Shown here in pieces: positions 50,390 through 64,000 of a stretch of 64,000 nt of DNA. Below the pieces are notes generated by a model. It searched no databases, had not been told where the DNA came from, and was given only the letters and a program-made list of their open reading frames with translations. The stretch covers positions 82,460,001-82,524,000 of the forward strand of contig OZ024741.1 of the NCBI GenBank assembly GCA_964016885.1, written 5' to 3'. This DNA is from Eledone cirrhosa (lineage: Eukaryota). A program made the position numbers and the translations under genes. Numbering within the stretch: position 1 is the first letter of the stretch; every line of letters begins with the position of its first letter.

Positions 50390-51929
50390 ATGAATATGTA
50401 TATATGCATGTAGTTATGCCATAGGTAAACAAAAAAGCACTCACTACAGTACAATGTCGAAATATATTATTTTAATGTTTGATATGGTACGGAATCAGTC
50501 TTTATTTAACGGATACTAGGACCTCATTATGATATAGAATGAGAAATATAAAATGGAATAAAATGGAAGAGGAAGGAACGGATGAAATATTTGGAAATAA
50601 AGCACCATTTTGTGTTAAAATATATATTTTTATATATTAAATGTGTGTGCCTCAGGGCTGTGTGTTACGGATAAAAATAGTTTGATCGGTAGTTTTCCGG
50701 TCTATGCGGCAAACTTTGACCTTGAAGAAGACACGTTATTACACGTTGCTCCAACCAACTTTGCGAGCAAAAAATGATTCGCAATGACACGCGTAGCTTT
50801 CTATTTTCTTCGTCAACATTGATCATTATAGGGTGGTGCCTATCATGAATGGACATGTGCTTGTTTTACTCAATACAAATTACATAAGGCTACATATTCT
50901 TTTCCTTGAAAAATAACGGCCATGATATATAATTCTTGTTTCATATCTTATGATAATATGGGAATGGCCAAGCAAACACATACCGTCATATATATCTGTA
51001 TGGAACCGATCCATAAAATTCAATGACAAATCAAATAGTGGACAGGACAATTTACGAATGCACGCACACAGAGACTTTCTCACATACATATATATAACCA
51101 TGTACCTATGCATATATGTATGTATGTATATAAGATCACGCTCGAGTGCTACTGGTAATATGTAACCCAGTACACCGTCGGGTCGTCGGCTACTAAACCG
51201 GCTACTTTACCAAGCTAGCTTGTTGACGAGGGTGAAAATTGGAACCCTGCGAGATGAAATACATGACCCGGCGAAGGGCGGGGGAACTCAGCAGGGTCAA
51301 CGGCCATCCAAATGGTATTTTCTTTTTACCTGGGAGTGAAAGTCCTCTAGTTGTTGTCACAACACATTTCTAAGAGAGGGAATTTTTGAAAAAAAACCTG
51401 CAGCTTCGGAAGTATCCGATGATGTTGACCATCGGGTAGTGTTTGGGATGCTCCGACAGTGGGATTGGTCGAGTGCAAGGCCTTTCCCCAATTAAAAAAA
51501 ACCTTCAAAGCACAGGCATTGCTTGTTCAGGATATGTTACAGCTTCGTGTAGCTGGCTGTAGCCTAAAAGTGTACCATTTTATGTAATCTGATAAGTGAT
51601 TGCAATACGCTTAGCAGAGATTGCAGCCATCATGTATGTATGTATATCGATTCCGACAACGAATATTGAACTTGATATATTCAACTGAACGACCTGCACT
51701 TGAAATTAACGTGGAAGTGGCTGAACATTCCTCACACACGTGTTCTCAGAAAGATTCAGCTGACACTGTGCGTGACAATTCTACTCCTTTGAATTGCCAG
51801 TATATCTCATTTTTTTCTAGAATGTTTGAATAGCCGCTTCATGAAATAAAGTGCCATGTTCAAAGACACAAAACACGGGAGGGAATCGAACTCACAACCT
51901 TACACACATACACATGCACATATATAAAC

Positions 51930-51961
<32 letters not shown>

Positions 51962-52721
51962 GTGTGTGTGTGCGTGTGTGTGTGTGTATGTGTTTGTTCG
52001 GGTGTGAGTGTATTTGTATGTGCATATGTTACATGTGTTTGTACACTTTCATGGTTACTCATACTCTTATGCACTCATAAGGAGATTAAATTCATTCAGA
52101 TATATTTACTCACAGATGCATTCTCCTACAAATCTAACGATCGTATACATTTCTTAATTTTAAGTATGCTTTTAATCAAATTTAATACACATCTCTGCAC
52201 AATGTAATGCATAACGCATAAAATATAAAGTATATAGCATAAACTATTTGTGAATATTACACTAAAATTTCCATCATTTCCTAATTGTTCCTGTTCATAA
52301 TTTTTTCTGTTCCCAACACTATTTTCTAATTCAATTAAGTATAAATTCTATTTATCTGTTTAGATTATCTCACATAACTTTATTAATTTTTTTTTATTTT
52401 TAATATTCATTTTTGTGATGAACAAGATATGAAGACTACTTAAGAATGTACGCATTAGTGCTGAATATTTCCTTTCAGATGAAATCATAACTGGAAAATA
52501 TGTTTACATCAATTACACATCTATTAACAACTATTTAATTGTTAATATGTTCCTTGATATTTTCCCCGATTACAAGAGCTAATTAATGCTATGCACCCAA
52601 CACATAAAAACTTCCTGAATATAAATGATGAAACTGGAGCACAGTCTTGCTTTCATAAAACTTGTTTTATTGAAAAACTGTTATATAAATTTATATATAT
52701 ATGTATATATATCTCTCTCTC

Positions 52722-52776
<55 letters not shown>

Positions 52777-55700
52777 ATGTGTGTATGCATGTATATTTGT
52801 ATATGCATTTATATACATGTATGTGTATAATATATATGGTTAGTTCGCTGGGGTGTCAGAAATCAGATTTTCTATTGAATAAAGAAAGTAAAGATATGTA
52901 TTAATATGCAACTATTATACCTGAGCCGAGTTTGATTTAATGAAGAGTACTTTATATACATTAACTGTTCTATTGCTCCAGTCATCTTGGATAAAGACAT
53001 TTTTCCTGCACTTTAGCAGGAAGTATTAACTTTACATTAGGAGAAAGATAAAAACTAATAACAATTTAAAATACGAACAAAACTAAAGTACAAAACTGAT
53101 AAAATAGAAAGAGAGTTTGGGAGGAATAATTAAACTTGAAGTGAGTGATGCACAGAGAGGCATAATGGGTAGAAGACTGGAGAGAGAAGAGGAATAAAAG
53201 AGAGCCAGGTGGGAGAGAAGGGAGAGCGAATGAATGATGAAACTATTAGTGCGAGGAGTGGAGTATAAGGAACGTGGGGTAGACAGATGGAGGGAGAGAG
53301 AAAGTTAGACAGCAGGAGAAGGAAATTGAGGAAAGAAGACAGTGAGGGAGGCGAGTAAAGAGAGAGAATGTGAAGAAGAGAAGAGAAAATATTAATATTC
53401 TTTATGGATACATTTTATGAAATTATTTTCCAGAAAAAAAAAAAATTCATAATGTTTTTCAAAATTGTTTGAAAGACTAATGTAAAATTAAATTGAAGAC
53501 AGCGTCGTAATCTCTTTTATTATCAGAATTCTTATTATGTTGCTGTAGAGGTTGTTGTTTGTGGAATGTGGTTGCGGTTTCTGTTGTGGTTGTGTTTTTT
53601 TTGTTGTTATTTTTTTCGTTGTTGTTCTCGTCGTTGTATTGTAGTTATTAGATTATTAACACCATCATCATTTATGTTATTATTCTTGCCCCACTCCTCC
53701 TCATCATCAACTTCACCACCACAGTCACGAACAGTAGCAGCAGAATCAGTATAAAGAAACATTACCTTCATATTCAGCTACAGCAACCTTGTTGTTGTTG
53801 TTGTTGTTGTTGTTGTTGATTTTTAATTTTCAATTTTTAATTTTTTAAATTTTTTATTATTATAAATATATTATAGCATTGCCGTGAATGTTTCAACGAG
53901 GTATTCTGTCATTCCAAAACATGTCAAAAATTATTGATAATTAATTGAAACATGTTTATTATTCAAGATAATTACTGCTGGTTGTGTCTTGAAATTGTTG
54001 CACTATGCAGGGCATCGGAAGGGCCAATGGTTCACATTTTATTTAATGTAATATTTGACTTGTTCCCAACTACCTGATTTCACATTTAATGACCCAGTTC
54101 ACCTAGCTGTAGAGTAGTTCCCTAGCCATTCGGTCAGATCCAGTTCAGAATTGCACAGATATCGTGTTATATGCCTGCAGGTATTAGCTGAGTTATTGAT
54201 GTTACTGTTTGAAGGAAACTTTCAGCTGATAATTTTATTTTATTCTGTAGAAATGAAAACGACGAAAGATTCAATAGAAAACATACTCCTTTTTTATGTG
54301 GGGGTGGACATGCGCGTTTATATATATGCGTCTCTGTATTTACGAGCAAAATGTGTTTGTTTTTTATTTGAGAAAATAAAAATAATATGTTTATATCTTG
54401 ATACGGAACTGTAGGAATATTTCAATTTTAGTGTTCCATATAAACCGTTTGAAATTGTGTTGAGTCTCGTGCATTATTTTTTTTTATTTTCAGTTACATC
54501 CGTTTCAATTAGTGCAGCTTCAAAAGAAGCTCATACTTTTTTAATATAATACAATATTTTAAAGAGTTTATCCTCTAAAGTTGTTTCAAATTTTGAGATG
54601 AAGTTACAATTTCTAATAGTATATTGTGTTGTGTGTGTATTATTTAAAAGTAAATAGTGCTTGAGTTTTCCGCAGTGCCTGATTGTCGTTTCGTTAAACA
54701 GAAATGTACAAATGGATCTGTTTTTAGCAAAATAAGAAAGCATTTCTGATATTGGTTTTTCTGTTTTTAGTTTATTTTTTAGGTTTATTTCTGAATTTAT
54801 TAAAGTGTTTAAATATCTTGCATCATGTTATGCATATGTATTTGTAGTAAACACATTTTTTCAAGTATTTAAATATTAAGCAAAATTTCTGTTATATTTC
54901 AGTAATATGCGCTTTCCAACCATTTAGTGTCCAAAGAAGGTTTCTCCATCCATACATTTCCTGCAAACGAATTTTTGTTTATTTCTTAAACAGAACTTCC
55001 AGAAAATTTAATACCAGGGTATAAATGTGTGATTTTAGTAAAACGGATTTAAATCAGTTGACTCTTCAGAAATGTTTATTATATTTTAGTAGGGTACGCA
55101 TTACAAAACATAGAGACTGGAGAATATTTCCGGTTTTTCACCAACGTAGAATATTCTCAACAATACAGTCTATATGGATCTTTCTGATTTCATTACAATA
55201 CAAAAATTTACCAAATTAAATATTGTGATATACTATCTGTATTTTGAGTAAATCCAATCATTTCAAACAATATACTCATCGTCTATGCTTCTGTTGTAAC
55301 CCTCTTAAAAGAAACTTTATAAAGTAATTAATCTTGAATGGCTTTGCTATTTTTTCTCTAAAACACATAATTGTATACATTTCAGTCTGAAGGGATCTTG
55401 TTGGATTTATTGAAACCATTTTTTAACGAAATATATTATCTGTATATGTAGCAATACACATGTCAGTCAAGTCTGTGGTCATGTTTTCTTATAATGTACA
55501 TATGTTAAGCATAGGATTCTGTTTTCTACAATAAAATATATACTCACATTTTAAACAATTTTATCTGCAATAACGTTTCTGTTCTCTATTTTGAATGCAT
55601 TTAAAACAGTTAAGTATAAATACACATATCTCATTCTGTACAAAACAGATTCGTTTTCGGGTTTCAGCAAATGACCACTCAAATATTTTAGTGTGGTGTT

Positions 55701-58142
55701 TGAGAACGAAAAAAAAATCAATTTTAAAGAGTTTATCCCTCACGAATTGTCTCTTTGCTTTTTGTGAATAAATGTATATATGTATATATGCGTATATATA
55801 ATAAATGTACATATGCGTATGTATGAGTCAATTGGTGCGATCTGTACAACTTAAGGAAATATTTATCTTATCATGTTAATTAAATGTACGCGTTTTATTT
55901 TGCAGCTAATTTACACATATTGAGTTATCAGTGCCCTTAAATTAATGGTTTTTATATACAGTGACTGGCTGTGTTCATAGCTTTGATAAAGTTGTGTATT
56001 TCATTTAATGCCTCCGTTGAGAAATTTGATACATTCCACTAACACTGAAGTTTTAAAATTGTTTTATGCTTTTACGGATCGATTCCATACATAGTTATAT
56101 ATATGACATTTGTTTGATATCGCTGCAGAAGTAGAATATTTTGATTTCAACCCGACCACTATATATTGCATTTGTTTCTGTATCTGTTTCTTCAGAAATT
56201 TGAAGAATATCACAAGAATTGAAAACCATGACAGCAAGTTTTCAAGGAATGAAATATATCTGTCATTAATGCTGTTTAGTTTTCAAGTAGTTCAAATTTT
56301 AATGGATTTTATCCGAAATATTTATTGACATATTCATATAATAAATAAACGGATATTTACGGTTTTCTTCATAGTTCCATAAGGAGGGTTATAGAGGAAG
56401 AATCGACATCAGTATTTAAATAGTAATTTATTCATCGGCGTTGCAAATATGGAAAGCGTGGTTGACCTTGCCGGGGTTTGAAAGCAGTACACAGATAACC
56501 GTAACGAATTCCGCAAGGCATTCTATTAAATATTGACCCTACACGCCACCTTTTATAAATATATATGTTTTCGTAGTATCTGAATAATTTGAATTTAAAT
56601 ACGCTAATATAGAAAAATGAGTAGAAATTTAATGCAGAGGAACACGTGCAAACAATGATTTTCCAAATTGTTCTCTATAGGTACAGTGATGATGAACTAG
56701 CTGCTATATATACATCTATATGTATGAGTGTACGATCACACATACACATTTTTACACACATAAATATATATATATATACGTATATATAAATCTATATGTG
56801 GATACCGTCTGTAGTGTTCGAAACTGCCAGACATCCATCCCGGTCGCTGTCTTCCGTTTCTATTATTACTAAAAGAAAAAAATAGGTTTCCCTTTCAAAA
56901 ATATTTATTTCGCTTTGCCTTGTTTTCCTTCGTTATCTTTACTTTGTTAATTTTCCTAAGTTTATTATTACTAACATGTGAAGAACGTGTTCCTTCTTCT
57001 CCCCGTAATAATTTCAATAGTTTACATTTTTTAACATATCTTACTTTCTTCTTTGATTTCTTTTGAGTCAAGTCTCACAACATGATTGCACTATACAAAT
57101 CACAATACCTTCTGAAAGTTGTCACATAAATTATATATGTACGTGTTATAGCTTAATGTTAAGCCTTGTGTCAGACGCTGTGACATTGGCTGGCCCGGAA
57201 GTAACACCCCGGCAACAATCAGAAATCCATCTGGACGGCCGACAACCCTGGAGTTCTGTGTTTTTCGTTTGTAATTATATAATGTAAAAAGGTTTTTAAT
57301 GTTTTGCCATGATTTTGTTCGTTGAATTTTCTTTGTTAATGTTCCTATATAGGTAAATATATATATATATATATATATATACAAAAAATATATATGCAGA
57401 CATTCAAATTTGTATGCTTCCATATGCATACATGCATACAAAAAACACACACACAATATATACATACATACATACATACATACATACATACATACATACA
57501 TACATGCAAACATACGTACATATATGCATAAATATATGTACTTTCCTAAATATGCATTAAATTTTTAACGTAGGAAATATGTGACACCTGGTTTTGGGGG
57601 TAAATATTTTAAAACAATATTTACGGTAACGATAATTTATGGCTACATGTTAATTTATATTTTTCCCAATTTCTGTCATGTACAAATGATTAGTCAAACC
57701 ATCCTAAAGCAATTGTAATATGGTGAGAATATACGCAGGAAGTGTGTTTAAAATTAAAGAATGAAGTGCTGTAAAACCGTATAAAATCCACTTTGTAATC
57801 ATTTGAAATACATCTCGACTTTTGGTTAAGAAAGGTGTTTTGTCACCACAAACGGAGAAAAATAGATAGAAGATGGTTTAGTGGTTTTCCAAACCCACCG
57901 ATCTCTGAGTTATAATTAAAAGGAATGTGCACGACAAGTAAATGACATGAAGCTGGTCCCAGTTATTTGTGGTTTTATATATCTTTCCGTGACTGATCTG
58001 ATTATTCACGGACACATTCATAAGTCTAGACAAAATGTTCACAACAGAACAATGACTTAACATGGCGATGAGATTACTATATCTGTTGGAGGATTTAAAA
58101 GACATAGCTACACATCAAGGTACACATATTCAGTTTTGTTGT

Positions 58143-59053
58143 ACGGTATATTTAATCGATTTCCACGTGCTATTGAAATGTTGGGTAAATATTCTATAGC
58201 GGTTGATTGCGAATAGATTGCTGTCGTTTATTTATCTACTATTTCTTCATAGGTGCCTCTTAATCTTATAGCCTGGTTTAATTGGTTTTTTGTGTGGTTG
58301 ATTATGCTAATTGAGAGAGGAAATGGTGTATATATATTATCAAATGATTCTATGGACATACTTTATAGTATATTGCTCTGATTATTTAATTTATTAATTC
58401 ATCATTGAGCCACATCGTGAATGGTTGCCAAAACATATATATCTGTGACTTTGTCTAGTTTGTGTATATGTAAAACTTTATATTTGATAATCTCCCTTAA
58501 GGTTGAGATGCAATTTGTGCAATATTGGGCTGCGTTTTCTAGCAACCAGCCCACTCGCCGTAAGCCACCAATCACATTCTTTCTGACTTGACCACTGCCA
58601 CGTCACAGTTCTTAGCCATTTTGAATTCGTTTCTGGCAGGGATCATTTAAGAAATATCTTTGTCCAAGTGAGTTTGTTTCCTGATGAGTTCAAAGCTCGA
58701 GAATTTATCCTTAGGAATATTTCCGAAAGCGATCGAAACCCTAAGGGTAGAAACGTGATCCTGCTATGTGTATATACATTTTTTCTTCTAACTTTAATTT
58801 CATACCTAATTGTGTATGGTGGACGGTATATTTAATCAATTTCCACGTGCTATTGAAATGTTGTGTAAATATTTTATAGCGGTTGATAACGAATAGATTG
58901 CTGTCGTTTATTTATCTACTATTTCTTCATAGGTGCCTTTTAATCTTATAGCCTGGTTTAATTGTCTTTTTGTGTGGTTGATTATGCTAATTGGGAGAGG
59001 AAATCGTGTATATATATTATCAAATGATTCTATGGACATACTTTATAGTATAT
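58143..59053 (+). mobile_element. Retrozyme-like or PLE pseudo-LTR partial tandem (680-bp unit plus ~231-bp repeat) with one hammerhead
   Basis: 58143-58373 is directly repeated at 58823-59053. There is no ORF, and the element ends in (TA)n. Confidence 0.82.
58676..58754 (+). ncRNA. Type I hammerhead ribozyme
   Basis: Stem I GUUUC/GAAAC; CUGAUGA at 58681-58687; stem II G(u)UC/GA(u)C extended by an imperfect hairpin centred on UCCU-u-AGGA; GAAA; stem III CCC-uaa-GGG; GUA triplet, predicted cut after 58749. Confidence 0.88.
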
Positions 59054-60548
59054 ATATATATATATATATATCGATTTGTGGTGGGGATAAAAGCTAGACC
59101 GGCTAAAAGAAGTAGGTTTTAATTATGCAGTTCCTCGACCATGGTTTCTGGAACTCAAAAACAGCATTGATCATTCCAATACATTGGAATAACTAAACAT
59201 GGAAGAATTACAGTTCCTCATCGGGTATAATTACTTGTAATAAGGGAAGAAGTTGAATCCATATCATACATACCATGTCATTGCCAAACTGCATATTGAA
59301 CAACATGTTACATTGCTGAATTACTACATGAATATATCCCACTCAATTTATTAGGACAATACGACGTGCTTAGATTGACGGTGGAAATAGCAGCCAATCC
59401 GTGTAAATCTACTCAACAATGTATTGTATGCAAATAAATATTCAACTGAAATATTTGTGGTTAAACAGTAAAAACAGAATGCAAACAATTTCATATGGAA
59501 CCGAACAAACTGTTTCCAGTGTTCTTCCCAGTGCTGGCACGCTCTGTTGACTGCATCTTGTGGAAGAATCCTCACTGATTTTACACATACCGGGGGTGGG
59601 GGTAAATTCAAAGAAAGAGAGAAGGGAAAGATACAGCATGTCATCCCGTCCAACCCGTTAACAATTCGATCATTTCCCACCCATGGCATAGTATTATGTT
59701 TCTCAAACTAGTAAAACTGAACACAAAGCTAGCATTGGCAACTAAGAAAACATACAGCCGTAATATATTCCGAGTCATTTAGTCCATAATCTAACGATTC
59801 CGACAGTTGTAAAAATACATTCAACGATGTTAGCCTAATATTTTGATAGTTTGTTAAAATTGTATCAGTAGTTAATGCAGTAATTAAATAAATGCAATAT
59901 GTCAAATGAGGAACACAGTTAAATGTAAGTTGTAACGCATAAGTGTATGGGTTAAAACGGGCAATTTCAAATTTATTATAATTAAGGTTCTGGATTTACT
60001 ACTTTCTCTAATATTCTAGATGGTAGGTTTAAAGTCCGTTACCAGACTGGAAGTTTATCAGGTCAGAGCACATATTCTATTTTACTGGCATTACGAGACT
60101 GAGAGAACGAGACTTGAAATAGCATGGTTATCGGTTCATCGTAGGTTTGACCCTCGTTACGCGTTTTACTCAATAACACAGCATAGCACCTGGTCCAATA
60201 ATCGAACCCACAAAATTGCTAAGGTAAGTACAATGCGCCAACCATTAGGTCACGTGTCTTCACTTGCAAATTATAACAAAATAGGAAAGCTGTTGTGTGA
60301 AAGAAAGCAATGGCAGTTAGTGTGAATTCTCTGCAGCTGTTGGTAATGCCTTTTGTGTTGAAACTGTGTTACATCTTGGTGAAAATAATATGAAATGGAA
60401 CTAGGAAAATGTCAAAAGGAATCTAGTAATATATTTGACAAGAAAGTTTCCAATTTCATACTACCCATTTGAAATATAAGTCTGAAGAATTTTTAATGTC
60501 CTCATAAACAGATGCAGAAGAAAATTGTACACTCTCGTTTTCGATCTA

Positions 60549-60631
<83 letters not shown>

Positions 60632-60694
60632 ATACATACATATATATATACATATATGTATATATATATGTATGTATGTACGTATGTCTGTATG

Positions 60695-60729
<35 letters not shown>

Positions 60730-60953
60730 TCGTGTAAATGTGTGTATGTGTGTGAGTGCATATATATGAAGGAAAATATGGTAATTAATACAAAGTTTCA
60801 GCAAATGTAATGTTTTAGACTGCAATTTAAATTGTATATGTTTAATGTCTGTATTTGGTAGTGCTGATGTTACGGATTCAGTTGATTGTTAAACTCTCAA
60901 CGGGCGTGTGTACAACACAAACACGCCCACACACATTCGCGCGTCCCCCTCCA

Positions 60954-61075
60954 CTTAAACTTTAATCTGTTATTTTAATAAATATTTGCTTTACGATTCT
61001 TATATATTTGATATATATTTATCCTTATCGAGCCCTCTTTGGTTTTTAGTCTTCAATTTTATTATTATTACTATA
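60954..61075 (+). mobile_element. Solo tail fragment of PLE family C
   Basis: Matches the reverse complement of 31192-31311 and ends in a TA run. Confidence 0.8.
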
Positions 61076-61084
61076 TATATATAA

Positions 61085-61170
<86 letters not shown>

Positions 61171-61549
61171 TAAGGAGATTCCAATTCAGTGTTGCAGCAT
61201 ATGTACAACATTTATTGGCGTATTACATTTGCTTTGATATCGATCGGCTCTGGGTAAAAACATACCACCAGTGCCCATCTCTTCTCTGTGCTAAGTCACA
61301 TCTAAAATCACCTATCTGAGAGGTCTAAGACGAGTCGGGCCCACCATTAAGATTGAACCTTAAGCTGCTCGATATCGAAGGAATAGTAATATGCCAATGT
61401 TTGTACATATGTTGCAACACTAACTACGATTCTACTTACTCTATTTAAACTTTGAACACGAGAGATGGAACACAATGCAATAAAGAAGAAAATGGAACGA
61501 CGTATATTATCAACGCAAGATCAAGTGCCATAAGAATAAGGTGGGTAAT

Positions 61550-62800
61550 GAAAAAAATACACAAGGAAGATGTTCAATTTGAATGCAGAATTTGTGGGGA
61601 GAAAATAGAGGCACGTAGGCGGGTAGTAGATGACAGATGCGATGTATGCGTTCGCTACCTCCGCCCTACATATCAGGGACATCTGGGTAAGATTTGCCAC
61701 TCTGTTCGTCACATCGTCCCAGTTGTTGTCCATCTGTAGGAGTGGTTGAAACCAGAGCGATTTAACCGGTTCGTCTGTCAAACATCGGAAGACGCTGTTA
61801 GATAGCATGGGCCTGTCTTTCCAGGTGCCGAGTTACAGGCCCGCCGACATTTCCTGGTTGATGCCCGCTCTTGTTGACGCTTCGTATTCCCGCACAGCAG
61901 TGCCAATCAGCTCAACAACTTTCGTGCTCGACACTACGGCAGTAACGTCTTCGGCAGAAGCTGACACTTATCTTTTACTTCGTATTTCATGTGGGATGCC
62001 CCTCAACGTCTCCAAGTTTTGTAGTAGTGGATCGAGAGTGAATACATACAATAGTGCGTTAGGTGCTCTACTAATCATGTCACTCTGAACGGCAGGTTGA
62101 GTGGTATACATTTGTATACAACTCGATCTCTTTTCGTCTCGATCTATTTCGACTAGTTGATTGGACGACGATGACATTGCCGGCACCGTCCAAGAATAGC
62201 AATTCTGCTGGCATTGGCGCCGCTGACGACATACACCCCGAAAGGAGTTTCTTTATTTCGACAGCTTTGCTATAACTTATCGATTCGATTATAATCACCC
62301 TTTTAATGGCGTACCACCAATTGTTGTTGAATATTGCTCCAGTCAATGCCCGCTTAACTAATTCGCTAATCCGATCTGCGTAGTCTTTGCGCGTCTCCAG
62401 CTCGAAGTTTCTCCGTGTTAGACTGCTTAATACGATTTCATCGACGCCCAGATGTTATCCGGGAAGCTCGATGCACTTGCCCACAACTTGTCCTCTATAG
62501 AACTCTAGAATAGAATTTAAAATGACTGCATTGCCCGACTATTAGAAAGCATTGATCATCAGGCAACATTCCAAATGCTAGGCACCCCGTTTCAATCTTC
62601 GCTTTATACCCACGACTTCCGCACAGTAAAAAAAGATGACTTGCCGAAAGATTGTCTCACAAACAGCTACAGAACTTTTATCCGATTAGGAATATCTGGA
62701 TAATTCCATAGCCTTAGTGCATGTTTGCACATCATCAACCACGGTTTGCCCAACCATCCGGGTGGAGGTTGTTCACAGCAGATCTTCCGTCTCACCAATA
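61550..62800 (-). pseudogene. Heavily decayed, rearranged Tx1/L1-clade fragments
   Basis: NWDDVTNRVANLTQ...RAEVANAYIASVIYY matches the protein at 36601-37290. The segments are out of normal order. Confidence 0.75.
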
Positions 62801-63849
62801 GAAACGGTGTGTGATGTCAAATGTTATTGTCCTATGTTTTCATTTTTGTTTTTATATTGTCTGCAGAAACGATTTTATGCGAGGCAAATATGTCTGTAGA
62901 AAGATATGTCGCTAGCTGGGAATCGGCGTAGCTTAGTAGGGGAACACCTAATCTTGCTATACTAAGTATTTGTGATGGCCGCGTTCTTGATTTTGTCACG
63001 TTGCCCCAGATAACTTACTTTGCTACGTTGCGTCGTTGCTTCAAAATACCAACCTTGAGACATGGTGGATTTCACTGGAGATTACCTAAAAGGTACACAT
63101 ATCATTGAAATACTTAGACACTTGCACTTTAACTTAATGAGTAGGAGGTTCTGTTAACTGGAATATACCTCGTCGTAATTGACGGAAATCCAGCAGGAGG
63201 CATTCAGATAAGTCCCCATTATGGATAAGTATGTGTCACTAATTATATGTTTGAATGTGTATGTGCGCTAATATTTAAGTCTTCGTTAGTGTCTTCATGT
63301 CATGGGTTTACATGTGTCTATGCGTGTGTCTGCGCTTTTGTGTGCGTCTTAAGATTTTGTCAGTATGTTCATTTGTATGTGTTTCATGGTATATGTTTCT
63401 GTATATTCTTGTCCTATAGGCGTATGTGTGTATGTGTGTCTTCGAGATATACCCATGTGTGTAAACATATCTCGGTGTCACCATATGTTTGTGACTATTC
63501 CTGTCATGCTTCTCTGTGTGTGTGAGTATGTGCGTGTACTTCAATTCTCATATAAGAGATAACAGCATATAAAGGAAACTACATTAAAATTACAACCAAT
63601 GTATCACACATTTCCCATCTTACACCATCAATCCGACAGTATAATGCATTATATACAATATAATGCGCACAAGTTTTCAAAATGTTTTATCAAAAAACAA
63701 CAAAAAACAATCAGTTGAATACACAATTGTTATGGTGAAACCTTCAATTACGTCCAAGAAGGTATGAGAATCAGTGAAGCCACAATAAGAAATAGTTCTA
63801 TAACACTAACGAGGACAACAATACAAATAACAATAATGATAGCGATGGC

Positions 63850-63995
63850 AAGAAGAAGAAGAAGAAGAAGAAGAAGAAGAAGAAGAAGAAGAAGAAGAAG
63901 AAGAAGAAGAAGAAGAAGAAGAAGAAGAAGAAGAAGAAGAAGAAGAACAACAACAACAACAACAACAACAACAGCAATAACAACAACAACAGCAA
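63850..63995. repeat. (GAA)n followed by (CAA)n microsatellite
   Basis: Read directly from the sequence. Confidence 0.97.
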
Positions 63996-64000
63996 ACCAT

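Noticed and set aside
46500-58100. Host gene exons or promoter (purine tracts, ccggaagt at ~57195, cag/gtatta at ~54180)
   Set aside because: There is no recognisable protein motif or consistent exon chain. Small exons cannot be excluded without RNA-seq.
63798-64000. Poly-L/F and poly-C/S ORFs
   Set aside because: They are translations of (GAA)n and (CAA)n.

Overview
AT-rich, repeat-saturated animal DNA with no recognisable host gene. The SINE types and the extreme (TA)n load suggest a cephalopod (Octopus-like); that is an inference. About 13 kb is interrupted (TA)n array, which explains the many long Y/I ORFs. The rest is nested mobile elements: a Penelope-like (PLE) RT with a long fingers insertion, a 5'-truncated but open CR1-group LINE, a Ty3/Gypsy element with two LTRs, R4/Dong, Tx1/L1 and RTE LINE remnants, a Tc1/mariner fragment, a Helitron, MITEs and SINEs. 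The strongest hidden signal is RNA structure. At least six unrelated small elements, mostly (TA)n-anchored, carry hammerhead-ribozyme (HHR) cores. Two look like intact type I HHRs (45409-45489 and 58676-58754; the second lies in a 680-bp partial tandem resembling a retrozyme). Several variant or degenerate cores sit in inverted foldback insertions, with compensatory stem changes between copies. An RTE fragment also shows a twin-priming-like inversion. All calls are from reading the sequence by eye.
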